From Tubiluchus corallicola (Eukaryota; Animalia; Priapulida), in contig JAQGDQ010000222.1 of NCBI GenBank assembly GCA_030141605.1, positions 1 to 64,000 on the forward strand: a DNA stretch of 64,000 nucleotides, written 5' to 3'. Below the pieces are notes generated by a model. That model was not told the origin of the DNA. It saw only the letters and a list, made by a program, of their open reading frames with translations, and ran no database searches. Each line of letters begins with the position of its first letter. The first letter of the stretch is position 1. Shown in pieces: positions 1 through 23,900 of the stretch. Made by a program: the position numbers and the translations under genes.

Positions 1-419
1 TAATCGTTTTAAAAATGTGGAGAGAAAACTGTTACGAAAAGGCTAGTAAAATATTTGCAGCATACAAATATAAAAAAACTTAAAGATTAAGGGAGGAAAT
101 TTTCAGCAGTGGAGCATGATCAAGTGCAATCTGCCATCAATGCACATTATTCACAAATGAACGACACAGAGAAAACGTCTGTGAGGGCATTGGTGCTTAA
201 TTACGTACGACGTTACTCTGCCAACTGTCCAACTTCACCTGCAAGTGTCCGACATTACCCGATTTTTTGAAATGACGTAGCAAAGCATTTAATGGGTTAT
301 ATGAAAACGTAAAACTCATTGTCTGACATTAGCCTAGGTCCGACATTAGCCCATTTTACCATAGATTACCTAATAGCATAGGATTATAATTGCATACAAG
401 CACGCTCAGCAATCACAAA

Positions 420-720
420 AGTACTTAAAATTCACCAGGCACATTAATTAAACGCACTGGTAAAAAGATGGGTTTTAACATTAGTTTTAAAACAGTTAAA
501 TTTAGTAATTGATCGCAAGTTAAAGATGAGTTTATTCCACTCAGTGGAGCTGCACTGGCAAAAGTACATGCCGAATGCTGATTCTTCTACGATCGGTGGT
601 AACTAGGGTAAAACTTTCCTGAGACTTCAAGATGAACGTATGGAAACACAAAAATTGATTAGACCAGCAAGATAAGTCATATCCAGGTCATACAATGATT
701 TAAAGTTAATAAGCAATAAG
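420..720 (-). mobile_element. Degenerate L2/CR1-type LINE 3' tail
   Basis: - strand reads as a decayed F.SAAP.(W)N...FK..LKT.LF tail. Confidence 0.5.
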
Positions 721-1017
721 AAAAACATGAAAAATATTTATATTAATATGAGAGATTATTACAACTTCTTTGTCATTAGCTATCGATCTGATACTTATTG
801 AAATATGATATATTTTTGAAAATTGAACAGTCTTTGATTCAGTTGATCACACTTGAATCATCGGATGGAACAAGTGGGAACAAGCACACAGGCAGATAGA
901 CAGATCGACAGAAAACAAGCAGACCGACAGACGACCAATCAAACAAAAATCAGAAACAAACGAGCTTAATAAACGAACAAACAAACACACAAGTAAACAG
1001 CGATATTACATACGTAC

Positions 1018-9612
<8,595 letters not shown>

Positions 9613-10569
9613 CTGAAACACACGAGTTTAATATAGTGATTAAAACAATGTAAAAAATAATGCGCTGTAAATACTGCATATGTAAAAGGCAAATATAATA
9701 CTCAAAGGAAGACGCCAACTTCTAAAACATCTAAATTTAAGATTTTCTGTATCTTCAATTAACCTTCTTTTTGGTGTCTATTGAAGATTATTTTACAAAA
9801 TCTATGCAAGTGTAAACCAATTAAAAAACGAAATTGTGCTGATTAGCCACAATTTATTATTCTTGAGGTCTGCTATTGAAGTGAATTGGTTCATCGAGAT
9901 ATTATAGATCAAATATGGATATAGATGTAAAGTATAGAGTATAGAGATACTAGATACGTCATTATAGCGTACTTAAAAAAATCCCCGTAGCACCAAGCAT
10001 TTTCAACTTAGCATTTTTGTTTTTCCAAAAATATAATTTTCCTGTACGCAGACTATCATAAAGAACAAACTGTTCTCACAAATTACGGTAGATACATCCA
10101 ATTTGTACGCACACTTTGCTGCCTTTCTGAAGTTACACTATAGTCCTATTTATTGTGCCTTAATCCATTACATTTTTCCGCTTCTTTTATTTGTTCAGAT
10201 GGCGTTTACCTGGCTGGTTTATAGTAATAAGCTGTTTGGTTTGCCAATATTCTGATGGCTGCTACTGAAACATACTGCAGGTTGTAGTCGTTAATGAAGC
10301 ATTCGATTATTATAGCAAACATGAAATATTATTCAGAAATAATTTACTCTGGTTCTATGAACATGGCGTCAATATCCAATTTTGTATAGGTACTTAATGG
10401 TACTGAAATTGTAGTGGTTTCGACGGTATTTTTTGCACATTTCAACACTCTACAAATCAGGTCAACATTTTGACGAAAATTTAAAGACAAGATGTTGTTA
10501 GAATTTATAACATTTCTTTCATATATGACGACAAGCAGAAATAACATCTCAGCAACTGGTTAGTTATAC

Positions 10570-10756
<187 letters not shown>

Positions 10757-11122
10757 CTCAAGAAAAAGCACTATATCTGGGCGCCAATAGCCTAAATTCT
10801 TCCGAGAAAATGTTTTTACATTAAAATCTGTTCACCACTAGGTACTATATTAAATACATTTTGTTGGCGTTTCTTCTGTCCTGAAGTAAGCACATCAGTG
10901 CCAAGAAATAGATACATCAGTATGCTGTGGCTAAAACAGCTACTAAAGAATCCCCAAAAATTGAACTTTGAGCTTGCAGCTTCGACCAAATCTGTCCTAT
11001 TTGGGTATTATGAGCTACCAAATTTGGTTGCCCAGCGATAGTTTGGTTATTCAAGGTCGTATCACATTTCACAACTACTTGGTATTTGATCTTCTAGTCA
11101 TCAGTTCTACGCTAGCCATTTC

Positions 11123-11371
11123 AGGGACTTATGCGGTGTTGCCAATGGTAGCGAGGTGTAGCACCCGAACCATTTTAAGGACTTACGCGTTGCTACTAAT
11201 GGTAACGAGGTGTAGCACCAGAGATTAATTTTAAGGACTTACACGTTGCTAGCAGTGGTAGAGACGTTTACTACGCATTTCAAGGAATTACGCGTTGCTA
11301 CCTATGGTATCGAGGTTTACTACGCATTTCATGGACTTATGCGTTGCTACCATTGGTAGCGAAGTGTACTA
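11123..11371. repeat. Minisatellite, 5 diverged copies of a 49-56 bp unit
   Basis: Units begin ggacttatgcg/ggacttacgcg near 11124, 11179, 11235, 11284, 11333. Confidence 0.9.
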
Positions 11372-11900
11372 TACAACCTGAACTCTATGCGGAAGCTGCA
11401 TGGTATTAGTATCCACCACTAATAAATTTGGTACCATGGCGATATTGGACCTGACTCTACTACGGAGAGAGTTTCATCGAAATTGCTTCAATATTTAATA
11501 ACGAAATGCCTATTGATTTCTTAGGAGGATCGGCGGGGTTATATCAAATTTGTATTAAACTACGGTCTAATCAGACATCATATGTTAACAAGGATCTAAA
11601 ACTCGTAAATTTCTCTGTCCTTCCTAGGTGCTTCCTTTGAAGCTACTTTAGGGAGCAGGTTTACCTGAGGACGATACTAATCGCGTTTGGAGGCCATATG
11701 CGTTCCCCACTAGTAGGAATAGCAACAACTTACATTTACATTGTCGACACCAAGTGCTACAGAATGCGATTAGTGTGCTGCGCAACGAGAAATTAACTGC
11801 TTGAATTGTGCTGTTGAAACATTTTTACAATATCGTGACACTTATTTTTGTTTAAGTCGAGTGATCCATGTGTTAAAAGGTCACATTGGGAGACTTGAAA

Positions 11901-14900
11901 ATGTAAGTGTACTAGCTTAACTGTTGGCATTGCCCACGTGTTTATTGACCCAGTTAATATGGTTTCTCACTGTCGTATACGAATGATGAAACATACAATA
12001 TTCCACTTCTTACTGTTTGCAATTATATTGTTGATTCACATTCTTCTAGTTTTCTGACTATGCAAATCAGTTACCGGTAAATTAACAACCAGATAATGTC
12101 CATCTTGGTACACCTTGGTTATTGTTAAAATGTACGAAATCAAAATAAAAACACGTTAAATTAGTACAGTTCAATCATCCTAATAATATTAAACATTAAC
12201 TCACGTTTAAGCTGTCATTTTTATTATTAATTTGTTTATTCTTTATTTTTTTCTTAATGGACTTAGAACATTTTTAAATCAAATACTTATGTGTATATGC
12301 TAGAGGCGTGTGAAATACAACGATATTAATATTTTTAGTTTACGCAGTCATACAGCCTGGCAGTTGGTCCAAATGCATGGCAATATTAGATTAACATAAT
12401 TAACATACAAGATGAACAGAACGTCTGAATCACTAGCAATTTCTGAAATGAAAATTTATTTGCACAATAAATTTTTGTTTTTATAAATATTTGTAATAAG
12501 TTTACAAAATTTTAAATTCCGAATAATTTATAAACAAATAAATTGTTGAATTTTAAAAAATTAAATGTATATAATTAAATGGGCATAATAGTTAGGCAAT
12601 GTATTTAAATTACCTTCAAGGTCTTTAAAACTGTAACAGTCACTGTGTAATTGACTCCAAATATTTGTAGAAAATAAGAATTTGTTGTAATAAAATTTTT
12701 ACATTTCAGAAATTACAATTGAAGAAGCCTAAATCGAAACATCTTGTTCATCATTTTAAGCAATACATATGCTAGATTTTATCACTAAGTTAAAATTTTT
12801 TCTACTTGAATTTTGTGCAAAACGTTGTTGCTATTCAAAGGTCAAGGCTCACGCAGAAGTACACAGCTTTGCCGGACATTGCCGGATTTGCCCTATCTTC
12901 GAATCAAAATTATCCGTCTACCCAACGAAAACATCAAGCAGCATCCAATTTGAATCTAACAGCGTCGTCTAGTAGCCTAGAAGAGACGTTTGGGCGCTTT
13001 AATAAACCACGTACGCCTGAATTCGGCATGAATTCAACAACCGGAAGTTTGGATGACATGGTGACCGGAAGTGATCGACGACTGCTCAAGATAGAGCAAA
13101 AACTGAATATGTTAGAACAGTCAAATAGAAGTCTTGTTGAAGACTTGGTTAAGCTACAAGTAAGTCTTAGTTAGTGAATAGTGATATTAATGGTTGTACA
13201 ATTTAGCTGTAGTTTACTGTCACATACTGTCATGGCTTCTGTACTCCCTTTGGGCGATATAATTCATAAAGCTTGACTGTTTACTTATACAGGGAGAATA
13301 TATATATGTCCATACATATACAGTACATATACATATACTGTATTATGTATTATATATTATTAGCTACATTATATTATATTATATTATATTATATTATATT
13401 ATATTATATCATATCATATCATATCATATCATATCATATCATATCATATCATATCATATCATATCATATCATATCATATCATATCATATTATATCACATT
13501 ATATTACATTATATTACATTACATTACATTACATTATATTATATTATACTATTGGCTACATATACTAGAAACACACTGCAATAGTTTAATTTACAATGCA
13601 TATTTAGACTGTAAGCAAAAAGATAACGAAAATGTGTATAACTGCGTCTCGTTTATTAGGAATATTTTGTATAAACTTGAATTTGAACATACTTGGATTG
13701 ATGAAGGTACATTAAGTACTCGCAGATTGCTTTATTGCATTAATAAGAAGCTACAGGATAGATATAATGACTATTTTTTGAAAAAGATTTATAACGATAA
13801 CAATGATGACGGAGGTAACAAACTTCGAACTTATAGGCTTTTTAAAACTGTATATTGTTTGGAAGAATATTTGCTTATGCGTAATAATACAATTCGAAGT
13901 GAACGTATAACACGTACACTAGATTTAGAATCAGTGCGCACAAATTGGATATTGAGAGGGGGTTATCATAAACCAAAAATACCTGCCCACCAAAGAATAA
14001 AATATGTGAGATGAATCAAGTGGAAGATGAAATGCATTTTTGTATGACATGTCCTGCTTACCAAAATGACAGAAAAGTTGTATTTGAAAATATTTTTAAA
14101 ATATTTCCTCCTTTTGCAGAAATGCCTGTAAGTGAACAGTTTATGTTTGTGAGGTGTGTGTTGTTAATTTTCATAGTAAATGGCTTGCATTGCTGTGTGT
14201 TTTTTCATTTCATCATCTCCTCACCCCTGTCACTTAAAATGGTTTGTACTTACCTGTAGGAGTGCTTTGTTTGCTTATGCAGAAAAAGCAATACCTGATC
14301 TGGACAGTTGAGTTGATAATTTTCACTGGTACAGACGTTCGTTGTTAATCTGACCAGTGGGCATGTTCCAGCATACCTGTAATTAACGTATTTGTCTGGA
14401 AAGGCTAGTACACGATCTGTGATGTAACTTCTTTACCATGGAGAACTGAGCTAAGTGTTGTTTTGGCCAAAAGGACAGTGTTGTATAGCCTGTCTTTCTC
14501 ACTCTCGTTGCTGTTACATGGTTTGAAGAGCTGGTCAAGCCACAGCAGTGTGATGTTATTCCATTCCAGTCAGCTGTTTGTACGTGTGTTCACAGCAAGC
14601 CATTAGTGTTGTTGACTTGTTGTTGCACTCCTTTCTTTTGTAATACTTATAGCTTTAAAATTTACGTTTCATCTTGTTTTGTTATTAACTAAATAGCCTT
14701 AAAAACAGCAGACGAACCTGTAAAAATACATGTAGTATATTTTCCTGATCATTATATAAAAATTAGGAATGCAATAGCCCTCGGAGCGTTACAATGTTTA
14801 TTAATGGCTTAAATGATGTAGAGATGCGAATCATAGTAATAAATTTTATATATGACATCCGTAGAAAAGGGAAGAGAAACAGGATAGCAAATAACTTTAA

Positions 14901-17900
14901 TTTGAACTCGCAGCTTACAAAATGTATTCTTACTATTGTTGTTTTTATGTGTTATTATTGGGCTTTTGTTAGTATGATGTTTTTTTTGGTATTATGCTAC
15001 CATATTACGCTTAAGCCGTTCCATCCTATGTACAGGATCAATGTTTTTTTGGGTTTCTTTGTTGTATGCTCAAAAACTATTGTGAATACTATATACATAT
15101 GCATATATGTAAATGTATGTATCATATGGGGAGGTTTTGTATATATATATATATATAATCGGCGGGGACAACTAGTGAGCCCATTTTAAAATACTTAATA
15201 GTCGAGAATTTTTTTCCGAGGGTAAACTAGAGTCATTTTGGCACTTAAATGTTGCTACGAAAGTCCAAAGAAATTAATATTTTGTGCTTGATATTGATAT
15301 CAAGCTCATAAAAACTAAATATTAGTATGATTATATAATTTTGTGGATATGATAATTTTAGTTCAATCATTTATTATTATTTATTTTGTTCGTTTACCTA
15401 TGTATTTTATTTATTTCTTTCGAAATTTCTATATATACAGAACACAGAATAATTATTAAGCGCTACAGAATTGATCAAGGATGTGGCACAAAAAGACTGA
15501 TGAGAGAGAATTTTCCATTAAGAAATGGTCAAGGTCAGGCGTTGATAAATTGCTAAAGAGAAGTGACATCGCTGGGATACATAAGAGAAGAAAATAATTT
15601 AGAAATGTAAAAAAAATAAAATAAATTAGTAAAGAAAAATTTAAAAAAAATGAACATGTACACATTGATATGCATTTTTTAAAATGTTTAACGGTTTACT
15701 TTTTGGACCCTCTTTGTAAAAATTAGTGATTAGTGGGTAAGTGCCAGAATGTTTCTACTTTACTTTGCTAAATTTATATACATATTGGATAAGGATTCTA
15801 TGCTATGGCATTTTTAAGAAGAAGTTACTTTTTTATATGCGCCCTATATATATATAGATATATATATATCCGAACGTGGCCGGTTCAATGGCTCATCTAA
15901 ATATTACTGGTAATTAGTCAGATTCCAGTCACGCTACTAACATCTCTTTGAGTGGGTTCTGTCTTTTCGAGCTTTCTGGCGTGTAGTATGCCAAAGTATA
16001 TCAAAAAGGATAAACATAATAATACGCAAGTTTGCATGTCCAAAGCTCTATCCAAACACGTTAAGTACAAAAATCGCGCACCTACTTATTCAAAAGCTGT
16101 AGTTTGCTTAGCGTGAAACTGTTGAATCGTGAGTAGCTACAAGTTAGTGAGCTAACAGTCAAGTTTTTACAGGGACAACTTAAAGAATCTGTAATGGCGA
16201 ATACAGATCTGATAAGGGAAGAAAGAAGTGCAAGGCAGCAGATGCAGACAACTATGCGTCAAAACAGTGAAGTAATTATGGATTTCGGATCAAGGTATTG
16301 TTTTGTTTTGAAGATCTATTTACTTATTACAAAAGTTAAGAAGAAATCACCAGTATTGCCAGTATTGACACTTTTTGTTGCTATCAATTGCAAGCTGGAA
16401 GAAATTTAACTGGAAGCGATGTTTGATTACTAAAACAAACAAGCAAAAAAAACACATGGCCACGATTCAATCCTTGATTTAGCTCAGCAATATTATAGTG
16501 TATTATCTTGGGTCGGCTTCATGCACTTGGTTCTTTACTCGGCTCAGTTTTTCTCCATTATTAAGATATTCCATCCGAAACTGTGTTTTCAAGTGTGTGA
16601 TGTAGAGACTGATTGCGTATTGGTCATCCGTAAATTTGAAGATGCTGGTACGTTGTTCTTGGTCAAGAGTCAACACTATTAATACAACTGTGAAAAACAA
16701 AATTTACTAGCAGTCTTATAGTGCTTTTTGTGCTTTTTTCATCAATGTGACGACGCACAATTAATGGCCGAAACTGATTTAGCAGCTCGAAGTAAAAAAG
16801 CCCTAAGAAAAAAATCACATCTGGAACTGTTTCATCTTATGTCATCAATGTCTATTCATCAATCCATCGTTAATCATTGTGTTATCTAATCACCCACCAA
16901 CTAATAATCAACAATGTGCGTATCAACGTAGCATCAATAGTTAGGAGCAATTTTGAGTGACTTTTGAGTGGCTGTTTGTTTTAAAGTTGGGAGGCTTTGT
17001 TACCAAGTATAGCACTACACATTTTCATTTCAAAAACTGCTAATAAGTTAATTGAATCACATTTGGTGGGTAGTTTATGGGTTCATGGGGTCTACGTACA
17101 TAAAAATTATTTAGGCTCTGGAAGCAGACAGAGGTTCACAAAAAAATAATACCTAGCAGTATGCCAAAAAAGTAAACAGCAAAGTTTTATTATGCATGCT
17201 AACGTACGTCATACAACGTATTTTTGTGTATAGTACGTCATACAAAGTAATTGATTTCCAGCTTTTTAGATAGTGAAAGCATTTACTAATCTGTGCCATA
17301 CGTTTCTATAAATTATCTGGGCATAAATTTTAGCGGGTCAGTCGACGGCATAAACGTTATGCCCAAGGTCCCTTTCATGTTTGGTTCTGTTATGCCATCT
17401 GGTAAAGCGACATCGAAGTTTTGTAGAAATGAAGTGAAGAAGAGGAACAGCTCCATTCTGGCTAGTGTTTCCCCTAGACAGACTCTTCGTCCTGAAAGTA
17501 AACAGCAGTGAACGAAAATTTTATGTTGTTTCATAATTTTTAAATAAAGCAACACATTTCCAGAATTGGAAGTCAGTTTTAATATGGAATAAAACAGCGA
17601 TGTAACCTAAAGTTGAAAAGTATCGTTAATATATTATACGAAAGCTCAGGGGTTTATCGACAGTTAGTTTTGTTGCAGAATACGTAAAATGTTAAATCTT
17701 GATAACTGAAAAAGCTACTGCATAAATAATAATTCATTTCTGTGCTCAGGGTGTGTTTTTCTGCTATAGTACAGCAAATTCACGAGATTACTTTCTTATC
17801 CTAAATCTATTATAGATTAGGAACTCAATATTACAGAATGGTATATTTTTAGGTGTATTTTATTTTTCATCAAAAAGTATTATAATGTCAAATACTTAAT

Positions 17901-20900
17901 TTCCTGTATATACATACCTACAGAAAACGCTGCAAGTGTTTCATGACCAGTTACTTTTCCATCTGGGCCAATGAACCTGTCCGGGTGAAACTGTTCTGGT
18001 TTATCAAAGTAATTGGGGTCATTTAAAATGGCGGTCAAGTTAGCTATAAATATTGTGTCAGCTGGTATTTCAAAATTTTTGAAATTTAACCTGTCCGAGC
18101 TACGATGTGGTACTCCAATTGGTACTATATTAGCTGCAAAATTGAAACGTTTATTCAGTATAAAACAACTGAAATGCTGTCTTTAATTCTCTTATATGCA
18201 ACTATTCCTACAAATGTATTGCTCTATATATAAACACAGGAGTTAAATAGTAACTAGTGATATAAAAAGTAGAAACTACTGTTACACAATGCACTATATA
18301 TATATGTATATATATAGTATATATAGTATATATAGTGAACTAGCTCATAAAGCCAGACGAAATTGTTGGTTAATTTAATTTCCTTACAATACATTGTAGA
18401 ATTATTTTACATCAAATACTTACCACAACGTTGAACCTCTAGAACCGTTGCTTCTACATATGGCATTTGAGATTTATCAGCCATTTTGGGCAATCGATTC
18501 CGTCCGATTACTTCATCTATTTCTGCCTGCACTTTTCTCATGACGTCAGGATGTTTAATTAAGTACAGAAATGCCCATCGGAGTGTTGTAGAAGTTGTTT
18601 CAGTGCCAGCAGAAAATAAATCCCGAATGACGTACTTTAACTCTGTCACCGAGAAAGCTTAAACAAAATTAATATAAAAACATTCATCATGACTATAACT
18701 TTTGTTCCTATTTTTGTCGTCGTCATCGTCACTGTCATTGCCCGTCATCATCATCATCATCATCATCATCATTCATCATTATCATCGGCGTTATTATTAT
18801 CATCATTGTTACCATCATTATGTTCGCTATTGCCATCATCGTCATTATCATCATCACCTAATATCGTTTTGAAAAGATGGAAAAGTAAGATTGAAGAAGC
18901 CAATTCTGGTGCTCTGAATTGTCATTAAATTTCGGTTATCATCATCATTCTAATAATTGTTCTCCTCACACTCATTGTTATTTTCATCATTGTTGTCACT
19001 GTAATCTTCAGCATCACTCCATTATCATAAAATAATCATGATCACGATCATTACTGTCATCGCCGTCGTCATCATCATCATCATTATCATTACTGGCATT
19101 GCCATCATTATTTTAACTATTTCATTTTCATAGCCATCAGGCTATTGTTCATCATTTTAACTATCATCATATTCATAGCCATCAGGAAACGATAAACTTC
19201 ATCTATGTTCATCACCATTTTTCCTTCACAAGCAGCGTAACCACATCAATATCAACTTCATCACATTTTTGTCTTTATTATTGTACTTACAGCCAGTTTC
19301 ACCAGTTTTGTCTTGCTCGTGAACGGCAGCTAAATAGGCGTCTATGAAGTTCTGAATATTGTTAATGTCAAAGCTTTTCACATGCTCTGAAATTCTTTCT
19401 TCGATGAACTCAAAAAGCTTGTTGCTGTTTTTCAAAAACCTGCGAAGCTTTGCTCCCTCAGGTGGGAAAAATCTCGCAGCTGGGAAGAACTGAAGAATTC
19501 CTTGAAACGGTGAGTCTTGAAACCAACCATTGAGTGCACGAAGAAGAAGTTGAAATTTTTCATCTTCGTAGTCAAATCTGTCACCGAATACAATTGAGCA
19601 AATGACATTGGCGACACTAGTATTTAGCATGTACTGAATGTCAAATGGAGATCCTTCCTTTGACTGAAGTTCAGACATTAACATCGATATTTCTTCCTTT
19701 ATTTTCTTCTGCAAGATACATATAAAATGTACGCAGTTTTTTTTATTTAGTCAAAACACTTATAATGCTGATGAAAATTATGTCTTTTTTATATTTTTGA
19801 TCGCCCGTAACTTCTGCCAAACTAAGAAAAGTGTTTATGTTCATGACTTTAGACATTGCAATATAGACATTTATGCAAGTTGATATCGATGTTTTGTTTA
19901 CTAAATAACTGGTATAATTTGTTATAATATTTTCCTGGTAGAAACGGGTGCATAGGGAAATTATTATCATTCCTGAAGTACATTGTGTGTCAGGTGCTGG
20001 AACACAAATAGTAGGATACTGGTAGGATACTGATAACGATGGAGTAAAGGTCACAAAATTGTCGAGGTGAATAGTTACTGCGTGTGTATGTGTGCTTAGC
20101 GAATGAAGCACATTAGCGCCAAGCATAATCACTAATACTGCGGGAGCTGAGAGAGGTTTATATAACATCTCGCTACGAACAGTTTGAGTGCTGGAATACA
20201 TTAATAGTGTGTTGGAGATCATTTTTTGGTCACTCTTAAGTTTTTTATTGAAGCTGTTTTTACAGGGTGCCCCCGAAAGAAACCCCATTTCAACATGAGC
20301 ACATTTTGAGAAAATCAATAAAACTTTGCTCTTCTTTGCTGAAGGGCCTTTACTCCTTACTGAATAAAGATCGGTGGCTCTTAAATAATGACTATTACCA
20401 TGTAGATCACGGTTTGATCACTTTTAACCCTTAGCCGACCAAGCTGAGGTAAACAATTACCCCAGCTATGTTTGCTCACATTTTTTATATTGATGCGCAC
20501 GACGAAAAATTTTCAAACTAGTAGTGATTAAGTATTTTTCGATTTATTATGCAACCATGTCTTGGTTTTGTTGAAAAGTATTATTTATGCTTTTTTTTAC
20601 AAAGCACGAGTGCTAGATACTACCTGATGTGGGGTAACTTATTAACCCTTTGGAGTTTTTTGTATGGAAAATTTTGGAATTTACTTTAAAGTATTTTTCT
20701 TTCTGGCAACACCATGCGTTTACTTTTAAAACCGAGAAGTGCTGCAAATCTCCAATTAGGCCTTCAGTTCTGCAACGAAATTTTTTTAACGATCTGTTAA
20801 GGAAATTTCGTATTAACGTTTGTGGACACTCTTCATTTTAGTAATATGGTGGGAACTTTAGCTGTACGGGTGATTAAGGTTGAAGCTGATAAAGATAAAA

Positions 20901-23900
20901 TTTTAGAAGATTTAACAAGTGAAGACGAAGTTCTTTAAAGCTTACTGAATAAAGCTCAGTAGTTCTTAAATGAATTTTGCCACGGAGATTGCTTGTTTGT
21001 CAGTCTTACGTATTCAAATTGGTGCGCTATGTAATTACACCCGGTAAAAATGGCTGCAATAAAAAAGAGTGACAAAAAATGATTTCCAACAGACTATTAA
21101 TGTATTCCAGCGCTCAAACTGTTTGTACGCAAGATGTGATATAAACCTCTCTCATCTCCCGTACTATAACTGGATGGTTAACCACCAGGTTCATCATTCG
21201 TTCTAGGTGGTTAATCGGCCACAATGTTATTTGCATTTTCTTCGCTAAGAAAGTACGTGAATCCAATTTGTGGCTGACACCACAATTTAGTCTTAATAAT
21301 CAATTAGATTCCGGACCTGCCACAACAATATACATTTTGTAGACTCTGCTGTGAGCGCCGGACCACACAGCTTATAAAGTTCCGAATTGTACAAAAAAAG
21401 TTATCAAATGTATGTTATAAAAAATAAGTTTGAAAAACAATATGCAGTTATTTTACTTCTCCACTTGGACCCTTTTACATTTTTTCACATTATTCATTTT
21501 ATTTTTTGTAAAAATCACAGTTTTATTAAAAATAGATAACTTTATGGAAAGTAGAGTAATTCTAGACTATTCTAGACTAATTAACGTACCTCTAAACTAA
21601 CTTTTCCCATTCCAAATTCGCGCAGCTTAGTCAGTGCAAACTTTCGCTGCTCTTTCCATGATTTTCCTTCTGCGGCACCAATGCCTATAAAAAGAGGTGA
21701 CATGCAATTTTCCATGTACTCGCAGAGCTGTCTGCCAGGTTCTTAATAGTATGAATAGATGAATACAACTTGGAGCAATAAGTTAACAGAAAGCAGTACA
21801 AGTTAAAATAATATGTAAAATTAGAAAAACCGTTTACCACGTGTAACTCCTGGTTGACCTGGTTCAGTTGAAGTAGTCTCAATTAAATACCAGTGTGGTC
21901 TACCAGACAGTATTTCACCATGCTTCAAGAACGCCTCCTTTGCTGTTTCATAATCATTCACCACCACTGTAAGATATGGACCCATGTAAATTGTAAATAC
22001 AGGCCCATACCTGGACCCCATTTCAGTCAAGACTTTCCCGGGATCATCCATCAAATGAAACAAGTGTCCAACAAAAGGCAGTCCCAAAGATCCTGGTGGA
22101 GTGCCTTTCGGTTTCTTCTTTAAATAGAAGACTGCGCTCAAGGCGATGGCTGTTACAAGTAATATGCCGAATAAGTGTGCATACACGAATTGCAGTATAG
22201 ATTCCATTGATATCATTTAGTATATAAAACCTACAAAGGAATAAGATTATGCTATAATACGTGAACGTAGATTCTAAAACTGATAATTCTAAAAGCATTT
22301 ATAGATTTCTGAATATTGAAATCTTAGGCAACATATTTTTGTGGTTTAAAAGTTTCTTAGCTGTACTAGTCTGGTACATGAAATAAACGGCTTCAAATGT
22401 TCTGTTTTTCCTGCTTCACGTGGCTGTATCTCTTTGGGTTTACGTTAATGACATGCCTGGTTAAATAGCAAAAATTATAAATTAGATTGTTTTCTGATGT
22501 CTTTTTTGCAGAAACTAGCATTCACAAACTAAAAGATACAGTTTACGAGAGATTAATAAACAGATCTGGCTACAATTAATGAACTTTCTTTAAATTAAAT
22601 AATGCGCCGAGTAAGTGTGAATGCATTTTAAAGCGTGGACTCAATTGATGATGTCTACGATATAATGATTTAAGGCGCTAACATTGTACTAGTTTTTTCA
22701 ATTAAGATTAGTAGTGAGGTAATTGAATCGAAACAATTTGCAAAATATCTAGGAAAGTTCGTTGATGAGCACAGCCCAATAAGTGGATTTATCAATTATA
22801 CAAAACAAGTAAAATTAGTAAAACATGTTTATAAAATTAATAAACTCTGAATAATAAAACTGTAATGGATATCAAAACTTTAATGAATATTTACTAGTGT
22901 CAGGTGCATTCCTATTTGATGTCATGGGGAGAAGTTTATATACATCTAGTATTACGAATTTTTAAATTAGCCATTCAGGTTAATCCAATCGGTTCCATAT
23001 ACGAAGATCCGACCAATATCATATACACTACCACCATCACCATCATCGTCGTCATCGTCATTATCACCATCGTCGTCGAAAAAACAAAAAAATCAAAGAA
23101 ACTCAGACACCGTTTTCTACCATTTTCATCACTGGTTACGTCACTTGCATTTCATTCGTATGTTCTCTCAATTAGCATATCTTCTAACTGCTGAATTATT
23201 ATATTCGTTTCTAAAGGACGAATTCCCACAGACAGATCAGAAATGTAAAGATATTAAAGTTCGCCCAGCCACGTGAACTTAATTATTGCAAGTTTAAAAA
23301 TATGCAAAAGGGACGTCTTCTTATGTAAAATATGTCTTCTCAGGCATCTATATGTTATGAAATTGTCATAGCTTAAACTGCACGTTCATTCATGTACATA
23401 AATGTGTATATATAGGTTTTTGATTCTGATATTTACTTACATGTTTTTTATCGTTTATTGTACACGAGCACTCTCTTGCAGCATTGATACATCTTTTATA
23501 TAAATTGTTGGAAAAGTTTAATTTTCAAGGGAGATGACTAAATAACAATAGCTTCTTCACCTTTCACATACTGTATACATTGTCTTATTAAACAGCTCTT
23601 TAATCAACTGTCAGAACGAACCTTAGCGTTACCTTTTGTCAAATGCGGTCCAAACACGATGTTTGTAGTCGTGCTGTGTTGCTATTAAACCACACCAACG
23701 TCCAACAAATTATACCATAAAAATACTTTGCTGTACACCTACGTTAGCGAAAGTCACCAAATTATCCTTTGATCACTGGCCAGACTAATGTTTACAGTCT
23801 AGCCGCCGATAACGTTGGATAAGGTTCAAGGGTGTTTAGAACTGATAGTAATAGTTTACTGACTAATATTGACTAGTTTGCTGACTAGTTTTGCAATATT

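Noticed and set aside
10210-10555. Candidate 5' exons of the receptor gene (10210-10274 and 10348-~10555)
   Set aside because: Splice-like sites exist, but the phase-compatible join contains an in-frame TAG. I could not build a consistent model and do not call it a pseudogene on this basis.
11123-11371. CRISPR-like periodic array
   Set aside because: The whole unit repeats with divergence, there are no unique spacers or cas genes, and the context is eukaryotic.
19743-20318. 191-aa ORF inside CYP intron 2
   Set aside because: No recognisable domain, not needed for the complete P450, and it overlaps a transposon-end-like tacagggtg sequence.
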